A stretch of DNA of 64,000 nt, from NCBI GenBank assembly GCA_963740315.1, contig CAVUDP010000001.1, forward strand, positions 1,120,001-1,184,000, read 5' to 3'. The notes beneath the pieces are model-generated. The model had not been told where the DNA came from, searched no databases, and saw only the letters and a list, made by a program, of their open reading frames with translations. Within the stretch, counting starts at the first letter, position 1, and each line of letters starts with the position of its first letter. This DNA is from an uncultured cyanobacterium. GTDB lineage: Bacteria > Cyanobacteriota > Cyanobacteriia > Cyanobacteriales > Nostocaceae. Both the position numbers and the translations under genes were made by a program. Of this stretch, positions 50,414 through 60,771 are shown piece by piece.

Positions 50414-51286
50414 ATGAAATATTCGGTTGCGCTCATTGCTGTATTAACTGCTTTATTTTTAAATCAGGGTTGCTCGTCTACTACTAAAACTGAAGACACA
50501 TCTGAGAATCAACGTCAGGTGCAATCCTTACCAGATTCCCAAAATAAGCAACCAGAATCAAAGCAAACTTCGACTCAGCCAGAAAAAAATTCTACAACGA
50601 CTCAAGGTAAATTAACCGTTCCTAAAAACATTACACCAGACAAACCCGTTCCCGTAAAGGTTCAGATTCCAGCAGCTGTAGCAAAAGCTAATAATGATGG
50701 CAAACCCCATGCCTATCATATGGTTGTGGTGAGTAATGACTTGAGATTTTTTGATTTAGTTGAAGCAAGCTACAAAAACAGTCAAAATATCGAAGTCAAG
50801 CCTAAATTCCCGGCTCCCGGAGAATATACCGTTTTCAGCGACTACGATCCAAATGGAGAAAAAGAGCAAGTATCTGTAGAAAAAGTTTCTATTCCAGGTG
50901 AAGTTCCATTTCCTACAGAATTAGAGAGTTATAGCAAGACAAAGACATTCTCCAACACAAAAATAGATTTAAACTTATCTGAGCCTAATATTAAAGCCGG
51001 TAAAAAAGTTACTTTAAAGTTTGATTTGAAGCAAGCTAGCAACAACAAACCAATTAAAGACTTAAAACCGTATTTAGGTCAAAAAGCAAATTTGGTAGTA
51101 ATCAAAAGTTCCTCTTCCCTCGCAGAATCCGATTATATTGATACTGAAACTATCCAAAAATCACCAAATAACCAGGTTCATTTTACAACTCAATTTCCTG
51201 AACCGGGAACCTACAAACTTTGGCTACAATTTAACCGCAATGGAAAAGTCAAAACCGCCGATTTCTGGGTTACAGTTAACAGTTAA
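50414..51286 (+). CDS. Lipoprotein with two Ig-like repeats, related to secreted heavy-metal-binding proteins
   Basis: Lipobox-like NQGC; FPAPGEYTVF and FPEPGTYKLWLQF; LKPYLG. Confidence 0.7.
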   Translation: MKYSVALIAVLTALFLNQGCSSTTKTEDTSENQRQVQSLPDSQNKQPESKQTSTQPEKNSTTTQGKLTVPKNITPDKPVPVKVQIPAAVAKANNDGKPHAYHMVVVSNDLRFFDLVEASYKNSQNIEVKPKFPAPGEYTVFSDYDPNGEKEQVSVEKVSIPGEVPFPTELESYSKTKTFSNTKIDLNLSEPNIKAGKKVTLKFDLKQASNNKPIKDLKPYLGQKANLVVIKSSSSLAESDYIDTETIQKSPNNQVHFTTQFPEPGTYKLWLQFNRNGKVKTADFWVTVNS

Positions 51287-51451
51287 CAGTTAACAGTGAG
51301 CAGTGAACAGTTGCCAGTAATCAGTTATAATTTTGTATTTTTAACTCATAACTCATAACTCATAACTCCTAACTTAATAAGGTTACTGAGCTTGTCGAAG
51401 TACTCATAACTTTTCCCCCCATCTCCCCATCTCCCCATCTCCCCATCTCCC

Positions 51452-52405
51452 TTACTTCTTCTCCACGCCACTTGTTTTCAAAACATCGCTTATGGTGTCG
51501 CAGTGGTTTGGTAAGTTGAAGGTGGTGGGATTGACTATTTCTTCGTAGGTGAAGTGGCGATATTTCATGCAGAATTTATCCCATGCAGCCATCTCAATTT
51601 TGAAAGTTTTAATGATTACATCTGCTAAAGATGAAGATAGAGGAATGCGGAAGTAAATCTTTTTGTCAAAGTACTCGCAAATTTCTTCTATTGCTTCGTT
51701 TGCGGTAATTTTTTCTTGCCCTAAAACGTATTTTCTCGGTTCCTCTTCTTTGGGAGGATTGTCGATTAGATGTTTAATTACGGTAGCAATGTCTTTTCCG
51801 TGGATGAAGTGAAAGCTACCATCTGCTTTCAAAAAACGAATTAAATCGATGTGTTTCGTTACTTCGGGAATACCAGACGTTACAGCAGAAAGCGGTTTAT
51901 TTTCATCGCCACCCACAACTAATGTGGGGAAAACTTTTGTAATTTTAGGTGCGATCGCTAGTTTTGAAAATTTTCGCAAGCAGTCAAATTTGGAACGAAT
52001 GTAATCTGTACCAAGCTCTCCTGCTTGTTTGAGGGGTTGATTTTTGCTATCTAAAACGCTTGCTGTAGAGAAATAAATTACCTGTTCGCATTTTTCAACA
52101 TCTAACAGGTTGAGTAATTCAATTGTTTTGACTACATTTACATCAAAAGTTCCCGCACCACCCCAAGCGGTTGCGGTTAAAACGGCTACATCTATAGTTT
52201 TGAGTAAGTCAGTTAAATCCGCGATTTTCTGCATATCACCATGCAAAATATGGACACCAGAACGCGCCTGGGTATCAACTTTCAATTTGTCTGGATTTCT
52301 TACCAACAAATAAAGTTCGTGTTCGGTTTCTTGTATCAACAATTCACTAATGTAATGACCTATACAGCCACTTGCACCAGTTACTAAAATCCGCTTCTGG
52401 CTCAT
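51452..52405 (-). CDS. NAD-dependent epimerase/dehydratase (hemE-linked)
   Basis: TGASGCIG, YFSTAS, YIRSK, FHFIH. Confidence 0.88.
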   Translation of the reverse strand: MSQKRILVTGASGCIGHYISELLIQETEHELYLLVRNPDKLKVDTQARSGVHILHGDMQKIADLTDLLKTIDVAVLTATAWGGAGTFDVNVVKTIELLNLLDVEKCEQVIYFSTASVLDSKNQPLKQAGELGTDYIRSKFDCLRKFSKLAIAPKITKVFPTLVVGGDENKPLSAVTSGIPEVTKHIDLIRFLKADGSFHFIHGKDIATVIKHLIDNPPKEEEPRKYVLGQEKITANEAIEEICEYFDKKIYFRIPLSSSLADVIIKTFKIEMAAWDKFCMKYRHFTYEEIVNPTTFNLPNHCDTISDVLKTSGVEKK

Positions 52406-52762
52406 AGAATAATCTTAAGTTTTTATTGTTAGATGATTGTAATTACTTTTAACTTTTATACTCACAACTAACAACTACAGCCAGATACCAAAAGTGTCGG
52501 GATGAAAAAAAGAGATGGGGAGATGGGGAGACAAGGGATTGGGGAGACAAGGAGATGGGGGGATGGGGAGAAATAAAAAGTTAGGAGTACTTCGACAAGT
52601 CTTACAGTGAGCTACGTCGAACTGCTCAGTAACCTTATTAAGTTAGGAGTTAGGAGTTAGGAGTTAGGAGTTAAAAGTTAAGAATTATTTTCTCCTTGTC
52701 CCCTTGTCTCCCCACCTCCCCATCTCCCCATCCCTTCATCCCCTCTACCCCCTATAAATTAT

Positions 52763-53839
52763 CTACTTTGCAGCCGTCAATACTTCGCTTTTAGCTGTAT
52801 TCAACTGCTTGGCGGTTTCAAAGAAGAATGCGACGTTTTCTTCTGGCGTGGTGGGTAAAACACCATGTCCGAGGTTGAGAATGTGACCCCAATTTCCGGC
52901 TTTGCGAACGGTATCGTGAATGCGATCTCTTATAAATTCTTTGGAACCGAAAAGTACTCCAGGATCGAGATTTCCCTGTACTTTCATTTCTTTACCCAAT
53001 CTGGCTCGCGCATCTGCCATGTCTACCGTCCAATCTACGTTGACGATATCGGCTCCGGATTGACTCATTCTTTCTAATAAACCAGCACTTCCGCTGACTA
53101 AAAGAATTAATGGTGTATCTGGATGGGTTTGCTTGACTTGCTCGAAGACTCTTTTTTGATAAGGTAAAGCAAAAGTTTCGTAATCTTGGGGACTCAATTG
53201 ACCTGCCCAAGAATCAAACATCTGTACTACTTGAGCGCCGCAGTCAATTTGATAGCGGACGTAAGTAGCGATGGAATCGGATAATTTTGTTAGCAGTTGA
53301 TGCAGAATGGCTGGTTCTGAAAAAGCCATATTCTTAATAATCGAATAGGTTTTAGAACCTTTTCCTTCTACTGCATAAGCTGCTAAAGTCCACGGCGCAC
53401 CGACAAAACCGAGTACTGTTGATTTATTGCCTACTTCCGATCGCAACGACTCCAAAATAGTTTTGATAAATGGCAAGGATTCGTCTGGCTGTAACGGATA
53501 CAGGCTATCAACTTGTTCTTGGGTACGAATAGGATTTTCAATAACGGGACCTTTTCCTTCGGCGATATCCATTTCAATACCGATACCGGGTAAAGGAGTC
53601 ACGATATCGGAGAACAAAATTACGCCATCTGGTTGAAAAGCTTTCCAAGGTTGTAGCGAAACTTCGATCGCAACTTCGGGAATTTCCGAGCGCTGGCGAA
53701 ATGAAGGGTATTTTTCCCTTAAGTCGCGATAAGCTTTCATATATCGTCCAGCCTGCCGCATCATCCACACGGGGGGACGTTCTACAACTTCTCCACGAGC
53801 GGCTCGGAGCAAATGAGGCGTGTTAGAGGAAACACCCAT
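52763..53839 (-). CDS. hemE: Uroporphyrinogen decarboxylase
   Basis: [46 protein letters not shown]. Confidence 0.98.
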   Translation of the reverse strand: MGVSSNTPHLLRAARGEVVERPPVWMMRQAGRYMKAYRDLREKYPSFRQRSEIPEVAIEVSLQPWKAFQPDGVILFSDIVTPLPGIGIEMDIAEGKGPVIENPIRTQEQVDSLYPLQPDESLPFIKTILESLRSEVGNKSTVLGFVGAPWTLAAYAVEGKGSKTYSIIKNMAFSEPAILHQLLTKLSDSIATYVRYQIDCGAQVVQMFDSWAGQLSPQDYETFALPYQKRVFEQVKQTHPDTPLILLVSGSAGLLERMSQSGADIVNVDWTVDMADARARLGKEMKVQGNLDPGVLFGSKEFIRDRIHDTVRKAGNWGHILNLGHGVLPTTPEENVAFFFETAKQLNTAKSEVLTAAK

Positions 53840-54211
53840 TTAATAATTCTTCCTAAATAACTAGTTTATTTAACCTATGATGTTTCTCAGATTATCATTC
53901 TTTGATTGCGCTTGTTCGGGCTTTTTGTTGCAAAATATTAAGTTGTCAAGTAAAAATTTTACAATTCTAAAGCTATTAACTTAGCTATCAATTTCTTTCG
54001 AATCGCGATCGTACTGCGAGCTATTTTCAATCACTTCTAACTCGCTATTTTAAATCACTTAAAATATAATAAGTATTAATTAAAAATAATCCGTCGTCTT
54101 TCCCTAATTTCCTGGAAAAACGACCAACTTAATTACTAGAGACGCGGCTGCTGAACCAATGTCTCCCCAATACCTTCACAACAAGTCTTTGAGAAAGACT
54201 TACATTGATTT

Positions 54212-55657
54212 ATGCAGCCAAAATTAAAGCGTCTCTTGCGTGCTTTGTCGCGGCAAGGATTGGATGTCACTTACAATAATTCAATTTATTCGGTTCGATT
54301 AAGTAATAAAACTGATGCACCTGTTGCAGAAGTATTATTACCAGAAAGTTTTCCTGTAGAAGCAAAAGCGCTCAAACAGTTAGCCAATCTTGCTGATGTT
54401 CGCCATCCTGCGGGTGGTTATGTTTGCAAATGTCATGCTACACCAGACTTTCATCCAGGTGATGCCGGGATTGCGATCGGTTCGGTGGTGCAAACTGAAA
54501 ACATGGTGATTCCTGCTGCCACAGGTTCGGATATTAACTGTGGAATGCGTCTGCACGTTGCCGATTTGACGGTTGATGCATTTTTAGCAAAGCGCGATCG
54601 GTTCGTGGAACTGATGAAAGGCGATTACTTTTTCGGTACTCGCGATGTCACCATGTCAGGGTTAGCGATGCAGGCTTTATTTGAGTATGGTGTTCCCGGT
54701 TGGTTAGATGCAATGTTGGATAAAGCTACCGGAAGCGTGGCGAAATCGAACTTAGAACAGTTAGCGCGAGAAAGCGACAATATTTTTCTCGGTGGTTCGA
54801 TGGATGGTAATTGGCGACTTGCACCGAACGAACTTGTACCCGATGGTGGATTCGTGCGCGATGGTGGATTGGCAACTATCGGCGGTGGAAATCATTTTGT
54901 AGAAGTTCAGCGCGTCGATAAAATTGTAAATTCAGCTTTAGCTTACGCTTGGGGAATCAAAGAAGGACAAATTGCTTTTATGGTTCATTCCGGTTCCCGT
55001 CATGTTGGTAAATACATTGGTGGAATGTGGCGGGATAAAGCCAAAGCTGCTTGGCAACCGGGAGTTAAATATCCGCGATCGCAAATATTTCCGCTTTCAA
55101 TAAATTCTCATCCCGAATTAGTTGCAGGTTATTTGCAAGCTGAAGCGACTGCTGCAAACTATGGTTTTATCAATCGTTTGCTGTTAGCGGAGTTACTGCG
55201 TTTACGCTTGCGGGAAATTTATGGAGATGTGGAAGCGCCTTTAGTTTACGATCTACCGCACAATATTACGTTACCCGTTAAATCCAAAATATCACAGTGG
55301 ATAACTCGTAAAGGTGCTTGCCCAGCCAATCTAGGACAACCCGTAATTATTCCCGGTTCGATGGGTGCTGAGTCTTACTTATGTGTTGGTAAAGGCGATC
55401 GTAATTTTTCTAATTCTGCTTCTCATGGTGCGGGAAGATTGCGTAGTCGATTTGACCTCAGTCGTGGAGGTGCATCGCAAAATGAGGCAGATTTGGGATT
55501 AACTGGAGTTGACTGTATTACCTTACGCGAAGAAAGACGAATTGAAGAAGCACCCGTTGCTTATAAACCAATTCAGTCAGTAATTGACGTGCAGGTGAAA
55601 GCAGGAATTATCGATGTTGTAGCGCGGTTGAGTCCAATTTTGACTTTTAAAGCTTAA
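54212..55657 (+). CDS. rtcB: RtcB-family RNA ligase
   Basis: PDFHPG, DINCG, GGGNHF, HSGSR, HN, RKGA, IPGSMG, SASHGAGR, EEAP-x-AYK. Confidence 0.92.
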   Translation: MQPKLKRLLRALSRQGLDVTYNNSIYSVRLSNKTDAPVAEVLLPESFPVEAKALKQLANLADVRHPAGGYVCKCHATPDFHPGDAGIAIGSVVQTENMVIPAATGSDINCGMRLHVADLTVDAFLAKRDRFVELMKGDYFFGTRDVTMSGLAMQALFEYGVPGWLDAMLDKATGSVAKSNLEQLARESDNIFLGGSMDGNWRLAPNELVPDGGFVRDGGLATIGGGNHFVEVQRVDKIVNSALAYAWGIKEGQIAFMVHSGSRHVGKYIGGMWRDKAKAAWQPGVKYPRSQIFPLSINSHPELVAGYLQAEATAANYGFINRLLLAELLRLRLREIYGDVEAPLVYDLPHNITLPVKSKISQWITRKGACPANLGQPVIIPGSMGAESYLCVGKGDRNFSNSASHGAGRLRSRFDLSRGGASQNEADLGLTGVDCITLREERRIEEAPVAYKPIQSVIDVQVKAGIIDVVARLSPILTFKA

Positions 55658-55658
55658 A

Positions 55659-55851
55659 AGGTTCGTAGTAAGTGCTGTCTTCGCCTCATATTACCGAATC
55701 CGGAGGGGCTGAAGCCCTTACTACGAACCTATCAAAATTAATGAAAAAGACCACTACTACTCTTTTCGATCGGTTTTGAAGGGTAAAAAGGTTCGTAGTA
55801 AGCGCTGTCTTCGCTCCGGATTTGGGGAACCGATGCCCTTACTACAAACCT
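55659..55851. repeat. Two tandem copies of the AGGTTCGTAGTAAG...CTTACTAC palindromic element
   Basis: 55659-55730 and 55789-55851; near-identical to 44691-44765. Confidence 0.8.
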
Positions 55852-56060
55852 ATCAAATACGTAAATAACGTTGAGAAGGCTAACTTTGTGTTTCTTGCAG
55901 GACACGCTACGCTAACCTTATAGTTACGTAACTCCTGAGTTTATTAAAATACTTATATAATGTAAGATTTAGTTAAAAGGGAAGAAGCAATATTTAGGTT
56001 TTAAGGATCGATTCCATAAATATTGACTTTAGTTTTTTAAAAATTAATATTTTAACTTCC

Positions 56061-57224
56061 ATGAAGCTAAGAAAATCAGTTTTAAAAGAAAGGGTATTAT
56101 TTCTAATATCTCTCCTGTTAATTTTGATTAGCTTTATTTATTTTTCGCTGGGTTTTTACGATTTACTCATAACAAAAACTCGTGCTTTTGATTTATTTTC
56201 ACGATGGCAAGAACAACAATATATATATCGGGGGCTTTATCCTTATGATGCGATGAAAGGTTCTCCCAATATCATTCCCGAAATTGGAGTTATAGATTCA
56301 GGTGGATATCCTCCTTGGGCATTTTTCACCGGATTTATGTTTTTACCTCCTATTTCTTGGGAATTAACTCGCTTATATCATGTAACTTTAAATATTGTCT
56401 CAATTTTCGTTTTAGCAGTTTTTGCTTATCAGATTGGAATCCCTTATGGTAAGTCAAAAGCATTATTTACTTTAACTGCTTGCTTGGCAGTTAGCAGTCA
56501 TAAATCTACACTTGAAATGGGTCAATATGGAATTATTCTTAATGCTTTCTTAATTTTAACTTTTTGGCTGATTCAAAAAAATAAAAATATTTGGGCTGGT
56601 TTAATATTTGGAATTGCAATGGTCAAACCGAATATTTCAGCACCATACTTTTTGATATTGTTAATTCAAAGACGTTTTAAAGCAATTTTATCTTTCTCTC
56701 TTTACATCATTTTTGGCAGTCTTAATATTTGGATAATTACTAAATTAACTCCTATTTATATGCTCAATAAAATTTTTAAACAGTCAAAATATTTTGCAGA
56801 TAAGGGATATTCGGGAATTCATGCTTTTACTGCTTTAGGTTTTGACCCCAAACAAGCAACCTTTTTACTAGGGATAATTGGTATATTCGTAATTACTATA
56901 ATTATCTATCTTTGCCGCAATTACTCTTTACTCAATCTATTCGCGATTTGCTCTGTTATTGGTAGAATTTGTATTTATCATAGAATTTATGACAATCTGA
57001 TGTTAGTATTTTTACTCTTAGCTATTATTAAAATTACTTTGGAAAAACCGAATAAATTAAATATATTTTTTCTAAGTTTAGTTTCATTGAGCTTATGGTT
57101 GCCAGCAATATTTATAGATTTTTTTAAATTAGAATTTATTCAAATCATTATTTGGTTAATTGCTTTAGGACATATCTTAATACAAGGTAAGCAAAAAAAA
57201 TTATTCCTGATAAAATCTAACTAA
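56061..57224 (+). CDS. GT87/DUF2029-like polytopic membrane glycosyltransferase (GT-C)
   Basis: YPPWA, GQ, VKP and YH-x-x-YD motifs; many TM helices. Confidence 0.75.
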   Translation: MKLRKSVLKERVLFLISLLLILISFIYFSLGFYDLLITKTRAFDLFSRWQEQQYIYRGLYPYDAMKGSPNIIPEIGVIDSGGYPPWAFFTGFMFLPPISWELTRLYHVTLNIVSIFVLAVFAYQIGIPYGKSKALFTLTACLAVSSHKSTLEMGQYGIILNAFLILTFWLIQKNKNIWAGLIFGIAMVKPNISAPYFLILLIQRRFKAILSFSLYIIFGSLNIWIITKLTPIYMLNKIFKQSKYFADKGYSGIHAFTALGFDPKQATFLLGIIGIFVITIIIYLCRNYSLLNLFAICSVIGRICIYHRIYDNLMLVFLLLAIIKITLEKPNKLNIFFLSLVSLSLWLPAIFIDFFKLEFIQIIIWLIALGHILIQGKQKKLFLIKSN

Positions 57225-57226
57225 TA

Positions 57227-58099
57227 TTATTTATCGGTATTACCTTTTTTCCCACTTGCTAAAATAAATACCGTAATTTCCGGACGCGAACCAAATCGCA
57301 AATGCAGTCCAGTCATACCGACACCTCGATTGGTGTATTCAAACATTTTTCCTACTTGATAAAGACCAGCATAATATTTTTTACCTAAACCTGGAAGTTT
57401 GGGTGGTTTTATAAAAGGTAAACGTATTTGTCCGGCATGAGAATGTCCCGACAATTGCAAATCAAATCGATTTGTTGCAGAACTGGTATCGGCAAAATCT
57501 GGTTCGTGTGCGAGTAGAATTGCTGCACCATCAGTAGGTAATTGTTGTAATACTAAGTCTAAACGGTCTTTACCCACCCAAACATCATCTACACCCGCAA
57601 TATGCAGCATAGCATTATCTCGTTTTACGGTATAAACTTTATTAGCAAGATTCAGAACATCGGTTTGTTCTAAAGCTTCGGTAATTTTTGTAGCATCTGC
57701 CCAATAATCATGATTACCTAATACTCCTACTGTTTTATAAGAAGTACTTAGTTGACCTAAAGTAGCTTTTAGTTTAGGAATAAATTTAATTTGACGACGA
57801 GTTACAAAATCTCCGGTAATCGCAATTAAATCTGGTTTCTGTTGATTTACAAGCTGAAAAATACGATTCAATCGCCGTTTTTGAGTTTGTCTGTCAACAT
57901 GAATATCGCTGATTTGGACGATGCGATAGCCGTTAAATTCTGTTGCTAAATGTGGTAATTTGAGTCGCACATAATTGATATCAATCCAATTCGGTTCAAT
58001 ATAATGAGCGTAGAATAAAGCACAAGTAATTCCAATAAAAATAATTTTACTCAAATTTGACGGTATTCGAGCTTTTAAAACCAATTTGTATTTATTCAT
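57227..58099 (-). CDS. Metallophosphoesterase (YkuE-like)
   Basis: SDIH, ITGD, GNHD, LAHEPD, LSGHSHAGQ. Confidence 0.92.
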   Translation of the reverse strand: MNKYKLVLKARIPSNLSKIIFIGITCALFYAHYIEPNWIDINYVRLKLPHLATEFNGYRIVQISDIHVDRQTQKRRLNRIFQLVNQQKPDLIAITGDFVTRRQIKFIPKLKATLGQLSTSYKTVGVLGNHDYWADATKITEALEQTDVLNLANKVYTVKRDNAMLHIAGVDDVWVGKDRLDLVLQQLPTDGAAILLAHEPDFADTSSATNRFDLQLSGHSHAGQIRLPFIKPPKLPGLGKKYYAGLYQVGKMFEYTNRGVGMTGLHLRFGSRPEITVFILASGKKGNTDK

Positions 58100-58202
58100 C
58101 AATGCTTTTTTGACTCAATTATTTATTCCGTAAGTGCCAGTATTGTGAATAGTTTCACTTATATAGTTACAATAATAGTTTGAAGCTTTACCGAATCTTT
58201 TT

Positions 58203-59576
58203 ATGAGACTTCCTATAGTAGCTATTATCGGTCGCCCTAACGTGGGCAAATCAACCATAGTCAATCGTTTAGCCAAACAACAATCGGCGATCGTTCACGA
58301 TGAACCTGGAGTTACCAGAGACAGAACTTACTTAAATGCATTTTGGCGCGATCGCGAATTCATGGTAGTGGATACGGGTGGGTTGATATTCAATGACGAT
58401 ACGGAATTTTTGCCGTTAATTCGTCAGCAAGCAATGATAGCCTTAGCTGAAGCTAGTGCGGCTATTTTGGTTGTAGATGGACAACTCGGTGCTACACCGG
58501 CAGATGAGGAAATTGCTGAGTGGCTGCGACATCAGTCGATACCCGTATTGCTTGCTGTGAATAAATGCGAATCACCAGATATGGGATTGGTTCAAGCTGC
58601 TGATTTTTGGCAGTTGGGATTGGGCGAACCTTATCCGATGTCGGGAATTCACGGTAATGGTACCGGAGAATTGTTGGATGCATTGGTCGATCATCTTCCA
58701 GAAACTTCTGAGATTGAAGACAATAATGAGATTAAAATTGCAATTATCGGACGACCAAATGTCGGTAAATCGAGTTTACTAAATTCTTTTGTTGGCGAAG
58801 AAAGGGCAATTGTTAGTCCAATTTCCGGCACTACTCGCGATGCAATTGATACCTTCCTTGAAAAAGAAGGGCAAGTTTATCGTTTGATTGATACAGCGGG
58901 TATTAGAAGAAAGAAAAACATTGATTACGGTACGGAATTCTTTAGCATTAACCGTGCTTTTAAAGCAATTCGTCGTTGCGATGTGGTGTTATTTGTGATT
59001 GATGCCCTTGATGGTATCACCGACCAGGATCAAAAATTAGCGGGAAGAATAATTGATGAAGGTCGGGCTTGCATAATGGTTGTAAATAAATGGGATGCGA
59101 TCGAAAAAGATTCTAATACCATTTACGAGTACGAAAAACATCTGTCGGGGAGACTGCATTTTTCCGATTGGGCTGAAACTATTTTTGTCAGCGCTTTAAC
59201 GGGACAACGTGTACAAAAAATATTAGATTTAGTCAATCAAGCAGTAGAACAACACAAACGCCGGGTAAGCACTTCAGTAATTAACGAAGTTTTAGAAGAA
59301 GCCACCCGCTGGCATTCACCACCGGCTAGTCGTAGTGGTAAACAAGGAAGAATTTATTACGGAACTCAAGTTAGTACCGAACCCCCTACCATTGCCTTGT
59401 TCGTCAACGAAGCAAAACGTTTCAACGACAATTACCGTCGTTATATCGAGCGTCAATTCCGACAACAATTAGGTTTTAAAGGTACTCCGATTCGTCTTTT
59501 ATGGCGAAGCAAGAAAACTCGCGACATGGAAAATAATGTCGCCGCTAACAGGGCTACTAAAGTCTGGGCACATTAA
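58203..59576 (+). CDS. der: Ribosome biogenesis GTPase Der (EngA)
   Basis: Two GRPNVGKS G-domains, PGVTRD/SGTTRD, DTGG/DTAG, NKCE/NKWD. Confidence 0.98.
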   Translation: MRLPIVAIIGRPNVGKSTIVNRLAKQQSAIVHDEPGVTRDRTYLNAFWRDREFMVVDTGGLIFNDDTEFLPLIRQQAMIALAEASAAILVVDGQLGATPADEEIAEWLRHQSIPVLLAVNKCESPDMGLVQAADFWQLGLGEPYPMSGIHGNGTGELLDALVDHLPETSEIEDNNEIKIAIIGRPNVGKSSLLNSFVGEERAIVSPISGTTRDAIDTFLEKEGQVYRLIDTAGIRRKKNIDYGTEFFSINRAFKAIRRCDVVLFVIDALDGITDQDQKLAGRIIDEGRACIMVVNKWDAIEKDSNTIYEYEKHLSGRLHFSDWAETIFVSALTGQRVQKILDLVNQAVEQHKRRVSTSVINEVLEEATRWHSPPASRSGKQGRIYYGTQVSTEPPTIALFVNEAKRFNDNYRRYIERQFRQQLGFKGTPIRLLWRSKKTRDMENNVAANRATKVWAH

Positions 59577-59712
59577 AGGTTAAAGGTTAAAGGTCAAAGG
59601 TCTGCATGTTAAAGGTTAAAGGTTAAAATATACAATTCCTAACTTTTAACTTTTAACAATTAATAAGTAACAACTAACTCTTAAGAATTAATAACTAATA
59701 ATTAACTCCTAA

Positions 59713-60639
59713 ATGGATTTATTACGTTCTCTACCGCTAGGACTTTATTTAGAACAACCAATAACTTGGCTGCATAAACTCGACCCACGAGTTAAATTTA
59801 TATGGTTGATGAGCTTTCTAACTACTTATATTTTTGCTAGTACTTTGTGGCGTGTAATATTAGTTTTTTTACTAATTTTTACTACATTGATTTCCGGAAT
59901 TCCCAGGAGAGTGTGGCGGAAACAAATGGGTTATTTGCTATCAGTTTGCTGTCTAGTTTTGATTATTGCATCTCTTAGTCCCGATGGAATGGGGATTGAT
60001 TATCAACCGCGCTTACCCGAACAGCAGATTGTAAACCGACCGCCAAGTTCTGATAGTGCTAAAAATCCAATTTTATCAATATTCGATCCTCAAGAATATA
60101 ATTATGTATTGTTTGCTAAAGGACCCGTAAAAGTAACGCGACATTCTTTTGATTTAGCGGTGCGTTTAAGCACTATATTTTTTACAATTTTATACAGTAC
60201 TACCTTATATTTATTAACAACTGCTCCAGAAGAAATCACCGCTGGTATCGAAAGTTTGATGCAACCCTTAAGGCGATTTAATGTCCCAGTCACCGAAATT
60301 GCTTTGACTTTAACTTTATCTCTACGTTTTATTCCTCTTGTTTTAGAAGAAATCCAAAATTTAATTCGCTCGGTAATGACTAGGGCGATTAATTGGAAAA
60401 AACTAGGATTAAAAGGAGCAGTCAAAGTTTGGATGCTGGTTGCAGAGCGGTTGTTACAAAATTTACTTTTGCGAGCAGATCAAATGGCTAACGGTATTAT
60501 GGTACGCGGTTTTACAAGTCCTAATAAACACCGAGTTAAATGGCATAATTTACGTTTAAAAACTCTTGATTGGCTAGCAATTTTAGTATTATTTGTATTT
60601 TGGGGAATGCGGTTTGCGATCGGCAATGAAATAAATTAA
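59713..60639 (+). CDS. ECF transporter T component (CbiQ/Ycf92-like)
   Basis: LHKLDPRVK, LTTAPEEI, LSLRFIPLVLEE-x-Q, VRGF. Confidence 0.88.
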   Translation: MDLLRSLPLGLYLEQPITWLHKLDPRVKFIWLMSFLTTYIFASTLWRVILVFLLIFTTLISGIPRRVWRKQMGYLLSVCCLVLIIASLSPDGMGIDYQPRLPEQQIVNRPPSSDSAKNPILSIFDPQEYNYVLFAKGPVKVTRHSFDLAVRLSTIFFTILYSTTLYLLTTAPEEITAGIESLMQPLRRFNVPVTEIALTLTLSLRFIPLVLEEIQNLIRSVMTRAINWKKLGLKGAVKVWMLVAERLLQNLLLRADQMANGIMVRGFTSPNKHRVKWHNLRLKTLDWLAILVLFVFWGMRFAIGNEIN

Positions 60640-60771
60640 GAGTTAGGAGTTAGGAGTTATTTAGCTGCTTGTCCCCTTTTCTCCCCCTCTTCCCCCTCTT
60701 CCCCCTCTCCCCATCTCCCCATCCCCCCATCTCCCCATCTCCCCATCTCCCCAAACCCTACTTTCCAATTG

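Noticed and set aside
54139..54165. tRNA gene upstream of rtcB
   Set aside because: No cloverleaf, T-loop GTTCGA or acceptor stem; kept only as a possible structured leader.
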